DNA of 64,000 nucleotides, taken from Malacoraja senta. Taxonomy: Eukaryota. The number at the start of each line of letters is the position of its first letter. The stretch's first letter is position 1. The stretch covers positions 2,048,001 through 2,112,000 of the forward strand of contig CM075994.1 of NCBI GenBank assembly GCA_038087875.1, written 5' to 3'. This document shows positions 23,747 through 36,550 of this stretch, one piece after another. The translations under genes were made by a program, and so were the position numbers. The notes beneath the pieces were generated by a model. That model was not told where the DNA came from and ran no database searches. It was given only the letters and a program-made list of their open reading frames with translations.

Positions 23747-26640
23747 CTAGGTCCATATCCCTGCCCTCTCCCCGTAGCCCCTTATCCCCTTGGCAGCTAA
23801 AAAACCATCTATTTTAGACTTAAATATATTTAATGTTTCTGCTTCCACTGCTCCCTGGGGCAGTGAATTCCATAAATTAACCACCCTCTGGGTGAAGAAG
23901 TTCTTCCTCATCTCAGTTTTAAAAGAGCCCCCTCTTATTCTACAACTATGTCCCCTAGTTCTAGTTTCCCCGATCATTGGGAACATCCTCGGTGCATCCA
24001 CCCGATCAAGGCCCCTCACGATCTTATATGTTTCAATGAGATCGCCTCTCATTCTTCTAAACTCCAAAGAGTAGAGTTCCAGCCTACTTAACCTTTCCTC
24101 GTATGTCAATCCCCTCATTGCAGGAATTAATCTTGTAAACCTTCGCTGCACTGCCTCCAGGGCCAGTACATCCTTTCTTAAGTATGGACCCCAGAACTGT
24201 ACACAGTATTCCAAATGTGGTCTCACTAATACTGTGTACAGCTGCAGCAAGACCTCCGTGTTTTTATACTCAATCCCCCTAGCAATAAAGGCCAAAACTC
24301 CATTGGCCTTCCTGATTGCTTGCTGCACCTGCATACTAACTTTTAGTGATTCATGTACTACTACCCCTAGATCCCTTTGCGTTGCATTACAACGCAGCTC
24401 CACCTCATTTAGAAAATAACTTGCCCTATCATTTTTTTTCCCAAAGTGAATGACTTCACATTTATTAGTATTAAATTTCATCTGCCAAGTTGTTGCCCAC
24501 TCACCTAGCTTATCTATGTCCTTTTGCAGACTCTTCCTATCCTCCTCATCCCCTACTTTTCCTCCCATTTTTGTATCGTCCGCAAATTTTGATATATTAC
24601 ACTTGGTTCCCTCCTCCAAATCATTTATATAAATTGTGAACAACTGGGGTCCCAGCACCGACCCTTGCGGAACCCCGCTAGTTACCGGTTGCCATCCCGA
24701 GTATGAACCATTTATCCCCACTCTCTGCTTCCTATTTGTTAGCCAATCCTCTACCCATGCTAATATATTACCCCCAATCCCATATTTTTTTATTTTTAGC
24801 AATAGTCTCTTATGTGGCACCTTGTCAAAAGCCTTTTGGAAGTCCAAGTATACCACATCCACCGGTTCCCCTTTATCCACCCGGGTTGTTACTTCCTCAA
24901 AGAATTCGAGCAGATTCGTTAAACAGGACTTCCCCTTCACAAAACCATGCTGGTTCTGTCCGATGAAGTCATGTTTATCCAAGTGCCCCATTAGTGTTTC
25001 TTTAATAATTGTCTCTAACATTTTACCCACCACCGATGTTAGACTAACCGGTCTATAGTTACCCGCCTTCTGTTTACTTCCTTTTTTAAATATAGGTGTT
25101 ACATTGGCCATTTTCCAATCCACTGGGACCGTTCCTGCCTCCAGGGAGTTTTGGAAAATTATCACCAATGCATCCACAATCCCCACCGCTATCTCCCTCA
25201 AGACCCTTGGATGTAATCCATCAGGCCCAGAGGATTTATCCTCCTTCAGTCTCATTAATTTCCCTAATACCACCTCCTTGGTGATCTTAATAGTATTTAG
25301 CTCCTCCATTCCTACCGCCCCCTGTTTATCCAGCGTTGGAATATTTTTTGTGTCTTCTATGGTGAAGACTGATACAAAATACTCGTTTAATGCCTTTGCC
25401 ATTTCCATGTTCCCCACCAACAACTCTCCAGTCTCACCCTCCAATGGACCAACGTTCACCTTAGCCACCCTTTTTCTTTTTATATAGCTATAAAAACTCT
25501 TACTATTAGTTTTTATGTTGTTCGCTAAATTCCTTTCATAGTCTATTTTCCCCGTCTTAATTAATCTCTTAGTTATTTTTTGCTGACCTTTAAATGCTTC
25601 CCAATCCTCTACCCTCCCACTATCTCTAGCTACCTTATATGCCCTTGCCTTCAGCCGAATACTATCCTTTATAGTTTTACTGAGCCATGGCTGACTGTTC
25701 TTTCCCTTACCCCTTTTTTTCTTCATAGGAATAAATTTTTCTTGAAGGTTATACAGTAGATCCTTAAACGTACACCACTGCTCATGTACCGTCTTATTCT
25801 TGAGTCTGCTATCCCAGTCAACTTTGATCAGCTCAGTCCTCATACCTTCATAATCCCCCTTATTTAGACTAAGTACCCTAGCCCGAGTTTCAACCTGCTC
25901 CCCTTCTATTTGAATATGGAATTCGACCATATTGTGGTCACTTGTTCCCAACAAGTCCCTAACTATGAAATTTTTAATTAATCCTGCTTCATTACACAGG
26001 ACCAGATCCAAGATTGCCTCCCTCCTTGTCGGTTCTGTGACATACTGTTCTAGGAACCCGTCTCTAATACATTCTATAAACTCTTCCTCTAGTCTACCCT
26101 GCCCAGTTTGGTTTGCCCAATTAATATGAAAATTGAAGTCCCCCATGATTACAGCAGTTCCCTTTTTACATGCGTCAACTATTTGCAGATTTATGTTCTG
26201 ACTAACAGCGTCACAGCTATTTGGAGGTCTATAAATTACACCCACTAGTGTTTTTTTCCCCTTGTTATTCTCTATCTGTACCCAAGCTGTTTCACTATCC
26301 TGATCCTTCAACGCAATATCCTTCCTCTCTATTGCCGTTATTCCCTCCCTTATTAAAAGGGCCACCCCTCCTCCCTTTCTTTCCTGTCTATCTTTTCTAA
26401 TTGTCGAGTACCCCTCTATATTTAATCCCAATCCTGATCCCCTTGCAGCCATGTCTCCGTAATGGCCACGATATCAAAACTATATGTACTTAATTGCACC
26501 GTTAATTCATTTATCTTATTTCGAATACTCCGTGCATTTAGATACAGCACTTTCAGATGATTTTTACTACCCTTCCTTTCTGTTTTTGCCCCTTTTACAT
26601 CTAGAGCTTTATCTTCACACATTCTGGATCCTCCTGTCAC
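23747..26640 (-). pseudogene. CR1 ORF2 (APE endonuclease plus RT) with one frameshift near 26425
   Basis: YLNARS...AITETWL in one frame, then LNIEGY...GDFN...SDH...FADDTK in the 901-aa ORF 23747-26452. Confidence 0.92.
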
Positions 26641-26729
26641 ATTTTGATTTTCCGTTTCCCCACTGATACCCTGCTCTATTTCCTCTACCCCTGCCGTTAT
26701 TACCCCCCTTGATACCTCCCCCCCGCTAC

Positions 26730-27683
26730 TTAGTTTAAAGACCTCTCTACTGCCCTAGTTATATGATTTGCCAGGACCCCAGTCCCAGCACAGTTCAGGT
26801 GAAGTCCGTCCTTACAGAACAGATCCCCCCTGTCCCAGTACTGGTGCCAGTGGCCCAAGAAACCAAACCCATTTTTCCCACACCAGTCTTTGAGCCACGC
26901 ATTCAGCTTTTTAATTTTTCGTACCCTCGCCGATTTGGCCCGTGGCTCAGGTAGCAATCCGGAGATCAGTACCCTCGAGGTTCTGCTTTTTAATTTATTC
27001 CCTAACTGCTCAAACTCGTTCAGCAGATCCTCCTTCCTCGTCCTTCCTATGTCATTGGTCCCCACATGGACCACGACCACTGGATCCTCCCCCTCACTCT
27101 GCAAATTTCTCTCCAGCATCGCAGAGATATCCTTAACCCTAGCACCGGGTAGGCAACACAGCCTTCGGGACATGTTCTGCTGGCCGCAGAGAACCTTATC
27201 TACCCCCCGAATAATACTATCCCCTATCACAACGGCATTTCTTCTAACTCCCCCCTCTTGAATGGCCCCCTGATCCACGGTGCTGCAGCCAGGTTGCTCA
27301 TCCCTCCCACAGCCCCTGATCCCGTCCTCACATTGAGTAAGAGCCTCGGTCATGCTCGTCAGGGACAAGGGCTGTGGCTCCTGCCGCATCTCCTCCTGGT
27401 TCCCCCTACCTGCCTCGCTTATGGCCACACCTTCCTTTCCCTGCTCACTAACTACTGAATTAGTTAAACTGGTCGGTGTGACCATCCCCTGGCACAAAAC
27501 ATCCAGGTAATACTCCCCCTCCCTGATGCACCGCAGCGTATGAAGTTGGGTCTCCAGCTCATCAATGCGGAGCTCGAGTTCCGCTAGCTTCAAACACTTA
27601 CTGCAGCTGTAGGGATCATCTACATCAATGGTGTCGACAATTTCCCACATCTCACAGTATTGGCACATCTCCTGGCCGCCCAT
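26730..27683 (-). CDS. CR1 ORF1: zinc finger/leucine zipper plus SGNH esterase
   Basis: CQYC...CSKC, LAELELRIDELETQL, VIGDS, PGA, HVGTND, DGLHL; 317 aa uninterrupted. Confidence 0.92.
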   Translation of the reverse strand: MGGQEMCQYCEMWEIVDTIDVDDPYSCSKCLKLAELELRIDELETQLHTLRCIREGEYYLDVLCQGMVTPTSLTNSVVSEQGKEGVAISEAGRGNQEEMRQEPQPLSLTSMTEALTQCEDGIRGCGRDEQPGCSTVDQGAIQEGGVRRNAVVIGDSIIRGVDKVLCGQQNMSRRLCCLPGARVKDISAMLERNLQSEGEDPVVVVHVGTNDIGRTRKEDLLNEFEQLGNKLKSRTSRVLISGLLPEPRAKSARVRKIKKLNAWLKDWCGKNGFGFLGHWHQYWDRGDLFCKDGLHLNCAGTGVLANHITRAVERSLN

Positions 27684-28008
27684 CTTATATAAGTAATTAA
27701 CTGGTCCTATTAAGAATCCCCTACCCGGATTACTGTATTAAAACACCCCTTATTTATATAATCCTACCTCCTATAAATGGGAAAGTACTTACCCCAGCCG
27801 TAAATTACCTACTGGTTTGGCTGTCTAGTGGTAATTCCGTCCGCTCTTTCTGTCTGGTCCACTGCTCCCTTGCAGTGCGTGGCCTACCTCTTAGCCCGTT
27901 AGCCTCTCGAGCCGAGGCTCCGTCCTTCCTCCCTCGGCGACAACCCTGGGCCGCACCTGTGGCACCTGTGGCACCGCGGTCGTGACGTCCCTTCCGTTCC
28001 AACTGCCA

Positions 28009-28098
28009 CTGATTACTCGCTGCACTCTGATTACCTCGCTACACTCTGATTACCTCGCTGCACTCTGATTGCTGCCTAACAGCGCCTGATTACCTCGC
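28009..28098. repeat. 19-bp tandem repeat in the CR1 5' UTR
   Basis: TGATTACCTCGCTGCACTC, three near-complete units plus partials. Confidence 0.85.
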
Positions 28099-28462
28099 TT
28101 TCCGTTTACTAAAGGAAATAACAATAGAACATTCTGGAAACGCGCAGCCTTGTGTGAAAGACTCTGTGAAATTCATCCTTTCTATTCCCTTCATCCTCCT
28201 GCTCTCCAAGGAATAAAGTCCTAGCCTGCCCAGACTCTCCCTATAGCTCAGGCCCTCAAGTCCTAACAACACCCCCATGAATCCTCTCTGCACTCTTTCT
28301 AGCTCTATGACAGATTTTTTAACAATTTTAACATATAGGTATTTTATTTTAATTTTTATGTATTCTGCCTTTAGTATAACAAGTAGGTTCTCAATTCCAA
28401 ATATCATGCAACCTTTGTACACTGCAAGCGATGAGATAAACTCTTAATTCAAAGTCACTTAC

Positions 28463-28561
28463 AGTGCCGTGACCATTTGCTTCAAAGTAAACCCCAATGT
28501 CAAATTCCTGAGCTTTATGGTGCAAAAACTTCACTCCTGTGTTCACACAGTGTACAGGAAC
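28463..28561 (-). CDS. PGM3: PGM3 exon 9
   Basis: [33 protein letters not shown], with the sugar-binding FEANGHG motif; 99 nt. Confidence 0.96.
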
Positions 28562-29384
28562 CTGAGAAAAACCACAAGTATACACATTAGAAGTCAGGCA
28601 ACAGACACACGGTTATTTAAATCCACAACGGCTTGGCATCCATTCTTAACTTGATTTGTTCTGCTCTTGATTGATTTTTGGAATTCCATCCAATAAAATT
28701 ACATGTTAACGCAATGGTGTTCTAGAACCATACAGCAGGAAAGAGATTGGAGAATCGAAGGTTGAGTATGGCAGCAGATTGGAGAAACAAGGAACCACAG
28801 ATGCAAAAAAAAAACACAGTTCTGGAGTAACCCAGCAACTGCAAAACATGAAAAGGTGATGTTTTGGGTCAGCATGCTCCTTCAGACTGAACAACATCAG
28901 GGGAACGAGATCAGTCTGAAGGGTCCCGACTGAAACATCACCTATCCATGTCCTCCAGAGATGCTGCCTGACCCACTGAGTTAACTCCAGTACTTTGTTG
29001 TTTTTAGCAGGAAAGAGATTCTTGGGGTTCATGCTAACCTTCAGACATGAATTTACACTAATCCCATGTTATCCTCCTAATTTTTCATCACTTGTCCCGC
29101 TGCCCAATTCCAACCACTCTTGACACACTTAGGACAATTTACAGAGGCCAATTAACCTACCAGCCAGCAGCCTGGGATGTGAGAGAAAACAAGAGCATCC
29201 AGAGGAATGCCACGCGGTCACTGGGAGAACATGCAAACACCACACAGATAGCACCCAAGGTCAGGATTGAATTTGGATTGCTGGAGCTCAGTAGCTTTAC
29301 TTGCTAAACCAGGGTGCCACCATTGTGAGCAGTTTGCATTAGTATTACAGGTTGAGAAATAATCCATTCTCAGAATCTGATTAC

Positions 29385-29468
29385 CTTCATGACATCTTCG
29401 ATGTATCTTGTTGAACTTCCATTTGCATAGGCAGTCTGTACCACTGCAATCTGCACATCTAAATCTGC
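29385..29468 (-). CDS. PGM3: PGM3 exon 8
   Basis: [28 protein letters not shown]; 84 nt; cttag| and |gtaatc. Confidence 0.95.
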
Positions 29469-29559
29469 CTAAGCAAGAAGAGGAGTACAATTACTACAGT
29501 TAATATTCATTAGGTCAGGTACAATAATTATGGAACCTTACAGATGTATTTATATATTT

Positions 29560-30590
29560 AAGAAGGTAGGCAAAAATGCTGGAGAAACTCAGCGGGTGAG
29601 GCAACATCTATGGAGTGGAATAGGTGACGTTTCGGTCGAGACCCTTCTTCTGACTGATGTGGGGGTGGGGGGGGCAGGAAGAAGAAAGGAAGAGGCGGAG
29701 ACAGTAGGCTGTGGGAGAGTTGGGAAGGGGAGGTGAAGGAGGGAGAAAGCAAGACTACCTGAAATTGGAGAAGTTAATGTTCATACCACTGGGGTGTAAA
29801 CTACCCAAGCGAAATATGAGATGCTGCTCCTCCAATTTGCGATGGGACTCACTCTGGCCATGGAGGAGGCCCAGGACAGAACGGTCGGATTCGGAATGGG
29901 GAGTTGAAGTGCTGAGCCACTGGGAGATCAGGTTGGTTAATGCGAATTGAGCGGAGGTGTTGGGCGAAGCGATCGTCAAGCCTGCGCTTGGTATCACCGA
30001 TGTAGAGCAGTTGACACCTAGAACAGCGGATGCAATAGATGAAGTTGGAGGAGGTGCAGGTGAACCTCTGCCTCACCTGGAAAGAATGCTTGGGTCGTTG
30101 GATGGAGTCGAGGGGGGAGGTAAAGCGACAAGTGTAGCATTTCCTGCGGTTGCAAGGGAAAGTACCAGGGGACGGGGTGGTTTGGGTGGGAAGGGACGAA
30201 TTGACCAGGGAGTTACGGAGGGAGCGGTCTCTGCGGAAAGCCGAAAGGGGAGGAGATGGGAACATGTGGCCAGTGGTGAGATCCCGTTGGAGGTGGCGAA
30301 AATGTCGGAAGATTATCTGTTGTATGTGACGGTTGGTAGGGTGGAAGGTGAGGACAAGGGGGACTCTGTCCTTGTTACGAGTGGGGGGGATGGGGAGTAA
30401 GAGCGGAGCTACAGGATATAGAAACCCTGGTGAGAGCCTCATTCATAATCGAAGAAGGGAACCCCCGTTCCCTAAAGAATGAGGACATCTCCAATGCCCT
30501 GGTTTGGAACATCTCATCCCGGTGCAGATGCGGCGTAGACAGAGGAATTGGGAGTAGGGGATAGAGTCCTTACAGGAAGCAGGGTGGGAA
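29560..30590 (-). mobile_element. Penelope-like element (Neptune type), 3' part
   Basis: Cys-rich linker GTFPCNRRKCYTC then GIY-YIG nuclease NFIYCIRCSRCQLLYIGDT...RF..H; hammerhead-like core at about 29626-29652. Confidence 0.9.
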
Positions 30591-33186
30591 GTTCACCGGC
30601 AGTCTAAAATGAAAAGGTAGATGGCCTTTCAGCCGGCATATTTATATACATTTATATTTTATATATATTTATATTCATCTCTTGCCACTCCAAAGTGAAG
30701 TTATGATGTTTGTTTCGGAATTAGGAGTCGATCAACATCTGCAGCCAAACAATGAAACTCACTGCACCAAAGTCCAAAATCTGCTCATTCATGATCCAAT
30801 CCTATAACACCATGCTGCATTTACGTTTGCTGAAAATTCTTGTAATCACACGGTATCAAGTGCATGGGAGACACTTTCTGCCAAACTAGAAATGCTCCAC
30901 TTTAATTTCTCCCTAATTGATTTCATTTTTCAATGGGTTAACCTAATTGGAATTTAAGTGGTATTGGTTTATTACTGTCACATGTACCAAGATACAATGA
31001 AAAACGTTGTTTGCGTGCTAACAAATCATATTGTATGAGTGCCAGGACAAAAATACCACAGTGCAGAGTATATTGTTATAGAATTATAGCATTAGTTCTT
31101 GAGAAAGTGCAAAGAAAATGCAAGCTCTACAATGAGGTAGTTTGGGAGATTGGGACTACACCCTAGCCTATGGAGGATTGTTCTGTCTGATAACAGCAAG
31201 GAAGAATGTGCTTTCAAGCATTTGTATCTTCCGCTCAACTAGAGGTTGGGGTGGGGGGTCTGAAGAGGGAATAACCAGGGTTCTTGTTTATGTTGACTGC
31301 TTTCCTGATTCAGCATGAAGTTACGATGGAGTCAATGAGGCAGGGGGAAGGACAAGTTCTCAGGTGAACGCAATAAACATATTGTATCACAACAAACAAG
31401 AAAGATGAAATGGAAATAACTGCAGGGGTACACAGAGGGTTTTAAAGACCACTCTTAAAACGTTTTTTGCCATTTTGGAGCAAAAGCAGGGACCATCAGA
31501 TTTAAATTACGAATAAACCATGTCCCCATAACACAGCAAATCAAGAATGCACATTCCATTCGTGAAAATAACTAACCTAAATATCACTGATCTTGAGGCT
31601 GCAAACCAGAACAGCTGTATGTAAACACAATGAGGAAATACTAAAGGAAAGCAAAGGACAAAATATTTATTTAATAAAATTAAGCCCAGCCATTGCCAAG
31701 GGCATGCTGACAACTGGGACACCTTAAATGACACTGAGACAGCTTTGACCTTCCTGCAACCCACACTGCACTTGACTAGCATTGTACACTCTCAGTCGAA
31801 GGCCTGTCCTTGATATTGGTGTTCCAATGATTGGAGACACAAGAGACTGCAGAAGATGGAAACCAAAGCAACAAAACAATCTGTGGAGGAAGTGAAGTAG
31901 GTCAATCAGCATGTGTGTGTGGAAGCGGAGGTGTGGGGGAGGGATTTGTCTACCTTTTGAGACAAGACTGCATCAGGGATGTGGAGATGGACGAGACGGA
32001 GGGATGAGCACATGTGTAGGAAGGAACTGCAGATGCTGGTTTAAACCAAAGATAGACACAAAATGCTGGAGTAACTCAGCGGGACAAGCAACATTTCTGG
32101 AGAGAAGGAATGGGTGACGTTTCGGGTCGAGACACTTTTCCAAAGGGGTGTGTGGATCCAGGAAGGGTGAAGGACGATGGAGTCAGATAGGGGGAAGGAA
32201 GGCCAATGGTGGAGACAGCTGTGGAAGGTGATAAATGGGAACAGAAAGACTGCCAGTGCTGGAGTCTGGTGTAAGTAAGGATGGTGATAATGGGAGCCAT
32301 TAGGTGAGAGGTGGAGTGATGGGTAAAATAAGCAATAATTGCAAGCCATTTCACTTCCCTTCCCACCCCACCCCCCCCCCCTGTCTCTTTTCCCCATAAC
32401 TCCATCCACAACCCTATCACCCATTTTCTCCCCCTCCTGGTTTCATTCATCTACCACCCATGCTTCTACCCAGCAGATTCCCCTCCCCTATCTGCCCGCA
32501 TCTTCCCCATTGTCTTCAGAAACAGAAAATCTGAAGTGAAACCAGAAAGTGTTGGGAACAAACACAAAAAGCTGTAGTAACTCAGCGGGTAAGGCAGCAT
32601 CTCTGGAGAAATGGAATAGGTGACGTTTCGGGCCTGGACCCTTCTGCACAGTCCGACTGAAACGTCACCCATTCCTTTCTCCAGAGTCCCCCTGAATTCT
32701 CCAGAGCTACCTGTCCCCCTGAATTACTCCAGCATTTTGTGTCTGTCTTTTCTAATTGTTGTTTTTAAAGACTGAATTTGTTTGAGAAATATATCCCAGT
32801 GAGCTGATAGAGAAACTTTAGAGACACAAAAAAACTGCAGATGCTGGAAGACAAAATAAAAGACACTAAGTGCTGGAGTAACTCAGCAGGCCAGGAAAAA
32901 TAAATGTGTTTTTAAATAACAAAAAAAGGGGGGAGTGGAGAGAACAAATGCATTATGATAATTTGGAGACCAATTTGGTGCTGTCTAGTTAATCGATGAA
33001 TGAAGAAAGGTGGAGAAAGGAAAGGAATTAGAAGATAAAGCTGGAACTGCGAGGTACAGAAAACAGCAGTTTTTGGAACACAGTGGCGCAACGGGTAGAG
33101 CCACTACCTGAAAGCGCCAGAGACACGGGTTCGATCCTGACTTCGGGTGCTGTATATGCATCAGGCAGCATTTCTGGAAAACATAC

Positions 33187-33344
33187 CTTGGCAAGAAGTT
33201 CTTTTAGAAATGTAATTATTAAAGTTGCAATCTTATCACCATCAAGGAGGTGGAAACACCCGGATTCATCAATGTAATAATATACAATTCTGTCGGCATC
33301 ACCGTCAAATGAGCAGCTTCGTTCATTTGCCTTCATATCCAAAC
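33187..33344 (-). CDS. PGM3: PGM3 exon 7
   Basis: [24 protein letters not shown]...[11 protein letters not shown]...LLAK, with the metal-binding DGDADR motif; 158 nt. Confidence 0.96.
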
Positions 33345-33865
33345 CTGCAGTGATTCAAAGTGCAGCTGTTAACATTTTCTACAGTGACAGGACAGACATT
33401 AAACAGAAGCCCTCCTTCCTTTAGCAATGACATTGTCTAATGATCACTCATGCAGAAAGGCTAGCAAGGCCGCCAGCATAATAAAGGACTAGTCTCACTC
33501 CCCCTTCTCCCTTCTCCAATCAGACAACTGGTACAGAAGTGTGAAAACACATACCTCAACATTCAGGGACAGTTTCTTCCCAGCTGTTATCAGGCAACTG
33601 AACCAATCTAACCCCAACTAGAGTGTGGTATTCACCTCCCAGGACCACAGTCTAGGATCCTGGACATTAGGGGACAGGGTGTGGTGGAGACGCCCCTCAA
33701 ATCAGGGAAGGGGTTTCCCCCCGGGGGCACATGAGTGACAGGGGTGTTGGGTAAGATTTGTAAACACTGCGTTATGACGCAATGGATGAACGTATAGCCT
33801 CCGAGAATGTCGGAAGAATTTTTATAGCTAAAAGATTACCTTACAAAAATAACATTAAAACTTGC

Positions 33866-34061
33866 CTTGAGGTGGCTTCTGTTGGACTTTTACAAAGTCT
33901 GCACCACAGAGGTAGTTCAGTTTGCCAGTTGTACCATCATTACACAACTTTAACTTCAGCTTCTTCTCAAGATAAGGCTCCAATTCATTTAGCTTTAGTG
34001 CACCTATCCCATTTGCCCCATCCACATTCAGTTGTCTCATTTCTTCTGGATGGCAGGGTAC
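33866..34061 (-). CDS. PGM3: PGM3 exon 6 (ends at a GC donor)
   Basis: [24 protein letters not shown]...[18 protein letters not shown](G); 196 nt; acceptor ctacag|, donor AAG|GCAAGT. Confidence 0.92.
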
Positions 34062-35729
34062 CTGTAGCAGATGAAATATTGAGATACATCAACAATGGGT
34101 TTGAGACAGATTTCGCAAAAAATCCTTCACATTCGACCTCAGTAGACTTTCCATGAGACAAAGTCGCAGAATTAGGCATTTGGCCCCCCCATCTATAGAA
34201 ACATAGAAAATAGGTGCAGGAGGAGGCCATTCGGCCCTTCGAGACACCACCACCATTCATTGTGATCATGGCTGATCGTCCCCTATCATTAACCCGTGCC
34301 TGCCTTCTCCCCATATCCCTCGACTCCACTAGCCCCTAGAGCTCGATCTAACTCTCTCTTAAATCCATCCAGTGACTTGGCCTCCACTGCCCTCTGTGGC
34401 AGGGAATTCCATAAATTCACAACTCTCTGGGTGAAAACGTTTTTTCTCACCTCAGTCTTAAATGACCTCCCCTTTATTCCAAGACTGTGGCCCCTGGTTC
34501 TGGACTCACCCAACATTGGAAACATTTTTCTTGCATCTAGCTTGTCCGGTCCTTTTATAATTTTATATGTTTCTATAAGATCCCCCCTCATCCTTCTAAA
34601 CTCCAGTGAATACAAGCCTAGTCTTTTCAATCTTTCCTCATATGACAGTCCCGCCATCCCAGGGATCAATCTCGTGAACCTACGCTGCACTGCCTCAATC
34701 ACAAGGATGTCCTTCCGCAAATTAGGAGACCAAAACTGTACACATTACTCCAGATGTGGTCTCACCAGAGCCCTATACAACTGCTGAAGAACCTCTTTAC
34801 TCTTATACTGAAATCCCCTTGTTATGAAGGCCTTCATTCCTTTAGCTTTCTTCACTGCCTGCTGTACCTGTAAGCCAACTTTCAGTGACTGGTGTACAAG
34901 GATGCCCAGGTCTCGCTGCACCCCCCCCCCCCTTACCTAACCTAACCCCATTGAGATAATAATCTGCCCCCTTGTTTTTGTCGCCAAAGTGGATAACATC
35001 ACATTTATCTATATTATACTGCATCTGCCACGCATCTGCCCACTCACTCAACCTGTCCAGGTCACCCTGCAACCTCCTAACATCCTCTTCACAGTTCACA
35101 CTGCCACCCAGTTTTGTGCCATCCGCAAACTTGCTAGTGTTGCTCCTAATTCCCTCTTCCAAATCATTAATATATATGGTAAACAGTTGCGGCCCCAACA
35201 CCAAGCCTTGCGGCACTCCACTCACCACTGCCTGCCATCCTGAAAAGGACCCGTTCACTCCTACTCTTTGCTTCCAGTCTGCCAACCAATTTTCTATCCA
35301 TGTCAACACCCTACCCCCAATACCATGTGCTCTAATTTTAGTTACCAGTCTCCCGTGCGGGAACTTATCAAAGGCTTTCTGAAAGTCTAGATACACTACA
35401 TCCACTGGCACCCCTTCATCCGTTTTACTTGTCACATCCTCAAAAAATTCCAGAAGATTAGTCTAGCATGATTTCCCTTTCATAAATCCATGTTGACTTG
35501 GACTAATCCTTTTACTGCTATCCAAATGCCCCATTATTACCTCTTCAATAATTGACTCCAGCTGAAGGGACTTCCGGTGGAGTCAATGCTGGAGTAGTCG
35601 CACTTTTCCACGCTCCCGACCTTTTCACCTCCAACTTTCACCTCCAACTTTTATTACAGCTCAGTCTAAGTTTTTTAACCACCCACAAACATTTAAACAT
35701 CATTGTCAGAACCTCTCTATGCTGTAAAG

Positions 35730-36550
35730 ATGCCAAACAAAGGAAAGAAAGTGGAGCAAAAGACAGAAGACCCGACGACCAGCACCGTATGGCCACGCTA
35801 GCAGCCATGTTAACAGAACATAAGGTATTGTTACTGGCAGAATTCAACACTGCGTTTACCAAATTGGAAACAAAGCTGGACAATATCCAGACCACTATGT
35901 TAGACCACCAACACCGTCTCTCGTCATTAGAGTCTTTTGCCGCTACCACTAGCCAAGATATACGAGCTATAACGTTAATGTTAACTACGGTGACCGAAGA
36001 GAACGCCAAGCTAAAGGCTAAGCTTATCAGCCTGGAAGGCAGGAGTCGCCGAAATAACATAAGGATAGTGGGTCTTCCCGAGAATATTGAGGGCTCCCAA
36101 ACAACAGCGTTTTTCTCTCAACTTCTGCTCGAGACTCTTGGCGAACACATACTGGAATCAGCCCCGGAGCTAGACCGAGCCCACCGTACGCTAACAGCCA
36201 AGCCAAGCCCTGGTGAGAAACCCAGAGCAGTTGTGATCTGCTTTCATAGATACCAGACCCGTGAGTTGGTGGTACGTGAGGCTCGGAGGCAGAGGGGTAA
36301 GCTTAAATACAAAGATACCCCGTTCCACAATTTCGAAGACTACTGTCCCGAGATAGTTGAACAACGCTTCGCGTACCGAGACGTTATGAAGGAGCTGTAT
36401 AACCTGGGTTTCAAACCCTCCCTTCATTATCCAGCCAAGCTGTTCATATTGTCCGGGGAGGGAAAGAGGCGACGACTAACATCTCCCAAGGACGCTCGGG
36501 ATTTCATCTCATCTTACCGTCGACGCAGACCAGGACCCACAGATGACTGA
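35730..36550 (+). pseudogene. L1 ORF1 (coiled coil, RRM, CTD); probable frameshift near 35788
   Basis: LEGRSRRNNIRIVGLPE, ELDRAHR, YPAKL; the upstream ATG at 35730 is in another frame. Confidence 0.85.

Larger units (their letters stand above)
23412..28125 (-). mobile_element. Full-length CR1 LINE in PGM3 intron 9 (same orientation as PGM3)
   Basis: 5' UTR with 19-bp repeats, ORF1, ORF2, 3' UTR and (TATGTTTC)n tail; AATAGAA at both 23412-23418 and 28123-28129 (possible TSD). Confidence 0.95.

Noticed and set aside
28009..28098. Regularly spaced short repeats that might suggest a CRISPR-like array
   Set aside because: Tandem units without unique spacers, inside a CR1 5' UTR in a vertebrate genome
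35552..35729. N-terminal part of the 332-aa ORF in the track
   Set aside because: Begins at a TTG inside the TSD and crosses the L1 5' UTR; the real ORF1 start is further downstream
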